DNA of 64,000 bases, taken from NCBI RefSeq assembly GCF_009914755.1, contig NC_060932.1. One strand, written 5' to 3'. Of this stretch, positions 62,641 to 64,000 are shown one piece after another. The first letter of the stretch is position 1; every line of letters starts with the position of its first letter. The translations under genes were made by a program, and so were the position numbers. The DNA is from the human T2T-CHM13v2.0 reference genome, Homo sapiens. A model generated the notes under the pieces. That model made no database searches. It was not told the DNA's origin and saw only the letters and a program-made list of their open reading frames with translations.

Positions 62641-64000
62641 TGTATTTTTTTAATAATAAATGATACTTTAAAGCATATTAATGTATAAAACAGTCTTTAA
62701 ACTAACTTGGAATTATAAATTTGTACATTTTCTTTTAAGAAGACTTCACATTTTCTTCTTTAGATATTTCCAGGGGAGAAACTTTTTGTGTTTAATTTTA
62801 TTTTCTGTGCTAATGTGAGATCTCTACAGATTCAAAAGTAAATAAGAAACGGTTTCTGATTTCAAGTTGTTCATAATTTGTCAAAGGCACTGAGGTGGAG
62901 CCCAAAATTTTGGCCTCGGAATATATTGGAGAGAAAACAGAGTCCAGTGTAGCAACTGAATGGATAAATGTTGCTGATTGGTGAATAAGGATTAGAAAAG
63001 TAGTTGTGATGTTCATAACAATAAAGTGGAAGAAAGCTTTGAAAGGTCAGATTTAGAGATTGAAAAATAATTTTATTTTTGAGCTAGCTACAAAAATGTT
63101 TATTCTTTTGAGTTTGCTTTAAAGCCCTCAGGCATGAACGATCATGTATTTACATCTGTGGGAAAGGTGGCATAGTGAACTGTCGGAGCTAGAAGAACCA
63201 AAAAGAGGAAAAGAGCAGTGCACTAAATAAATCCTTAGACCTATGTCAAATCAGATCGGCAAATTTTGTTCACATTATGATTGATTTAAGTATCAATAAT
63301 GTTTATAAAAGTTTAGTAGCTTATCTAAATTCAAAATAGGGGTTTTCATTGTTTTCTTTAGACATATACGTCAATTCCTCATCCCACTGCCCATAGCAAT
63401 TCATATCTCAGGACTAGTATTGGGGCATTTGTAAGATTGGCTTTGGAAATTCCTCTCTGGGTTATAATTTATACAATGCTTTGCCCACAGCCACATATAG
63501 GTATATTTATTCCCTTGTTCACATCATAAAAATGAGCTGAAATTAAACATTAAGTAGAAAATATGAGAACAATGAAATGCTATTTAAACAAAAGGGAATA
63601 TCACTGAACATTTGGATAACAGGGAGCACCAACAAAGGCAAAAAGAAAGAAATGGAGGAAGAACCATGGAAATGCATTTGGGATGTTTGTTACTCTCCTA
63701 TGTGGTTTTCCTTTTCTATCTCCTCTAAAATTTAAATTTTCTTGTTATACTCATTTTTGTGTAAATATGAAAAAAGATTATAAATATACATCACTGTAAT
63801 AACATAGCTAAATTTAAATGGTAACAAACTATTTTATGGCTGTTCAGGTTTTAAATTAGGATCAGTTTATGTTAGCACTTGCAATTTGATTCTAATTAAA
63901 TGCTTCCAATTTAAATGCCGTACATAGAGTCTATTTTCTCTAGTATTAAATTCTTTATACAACGTTTATTGTCTGTTCTTTTTCTTTTCCTACAACCACC

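Overview
AT-rich mammalian DNA from a hominoid primate, most likely human, judged by AluY, L1PA2/3-type and THE1A repeats. It reads as intronic or intergenic, and I could not identify an intact host protein-coding gene. Nearly all long ORFs belong to LINE-1. Four L1 insertions have readable junctions. (1) A full-length L1PA2-like element (41113-47138, minus) has intact ORF1 and ORF0, and an ORF2 broken by two stops and a frameshift. (2) A 5'-truncated L1PA3-like copy (9352-12270) carries an 18-nt 3' transduction. (3) An older L1PA (24328-27209) is 5'-inverted and 3'-truncated with no poly(A) tail, yet keeps its target-site duplication (TSD). (4) An old L1MA (47635-48659) is twin-primed. Alus, MaLR LTRs, DNA-transposon fossils, MIR/L2 and microsatellites fill much of the rest. 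The most notable structure outside known repeat families is a ~341-bp, ~97% identical inverted duplication (29692-30033 / 35404-35743) bracketing 5.37 kb. The two young L1s also share three non-consensus substitutions despite differing at subfamily-diagnostic sites. Several splice-bounded, stop-poor segments may be fossil exons of a decayed gene or lncRNA, which is speculative. Repeat subfamily names and boundaries of old repeats come from remembered consensus motifs, not from a database search.
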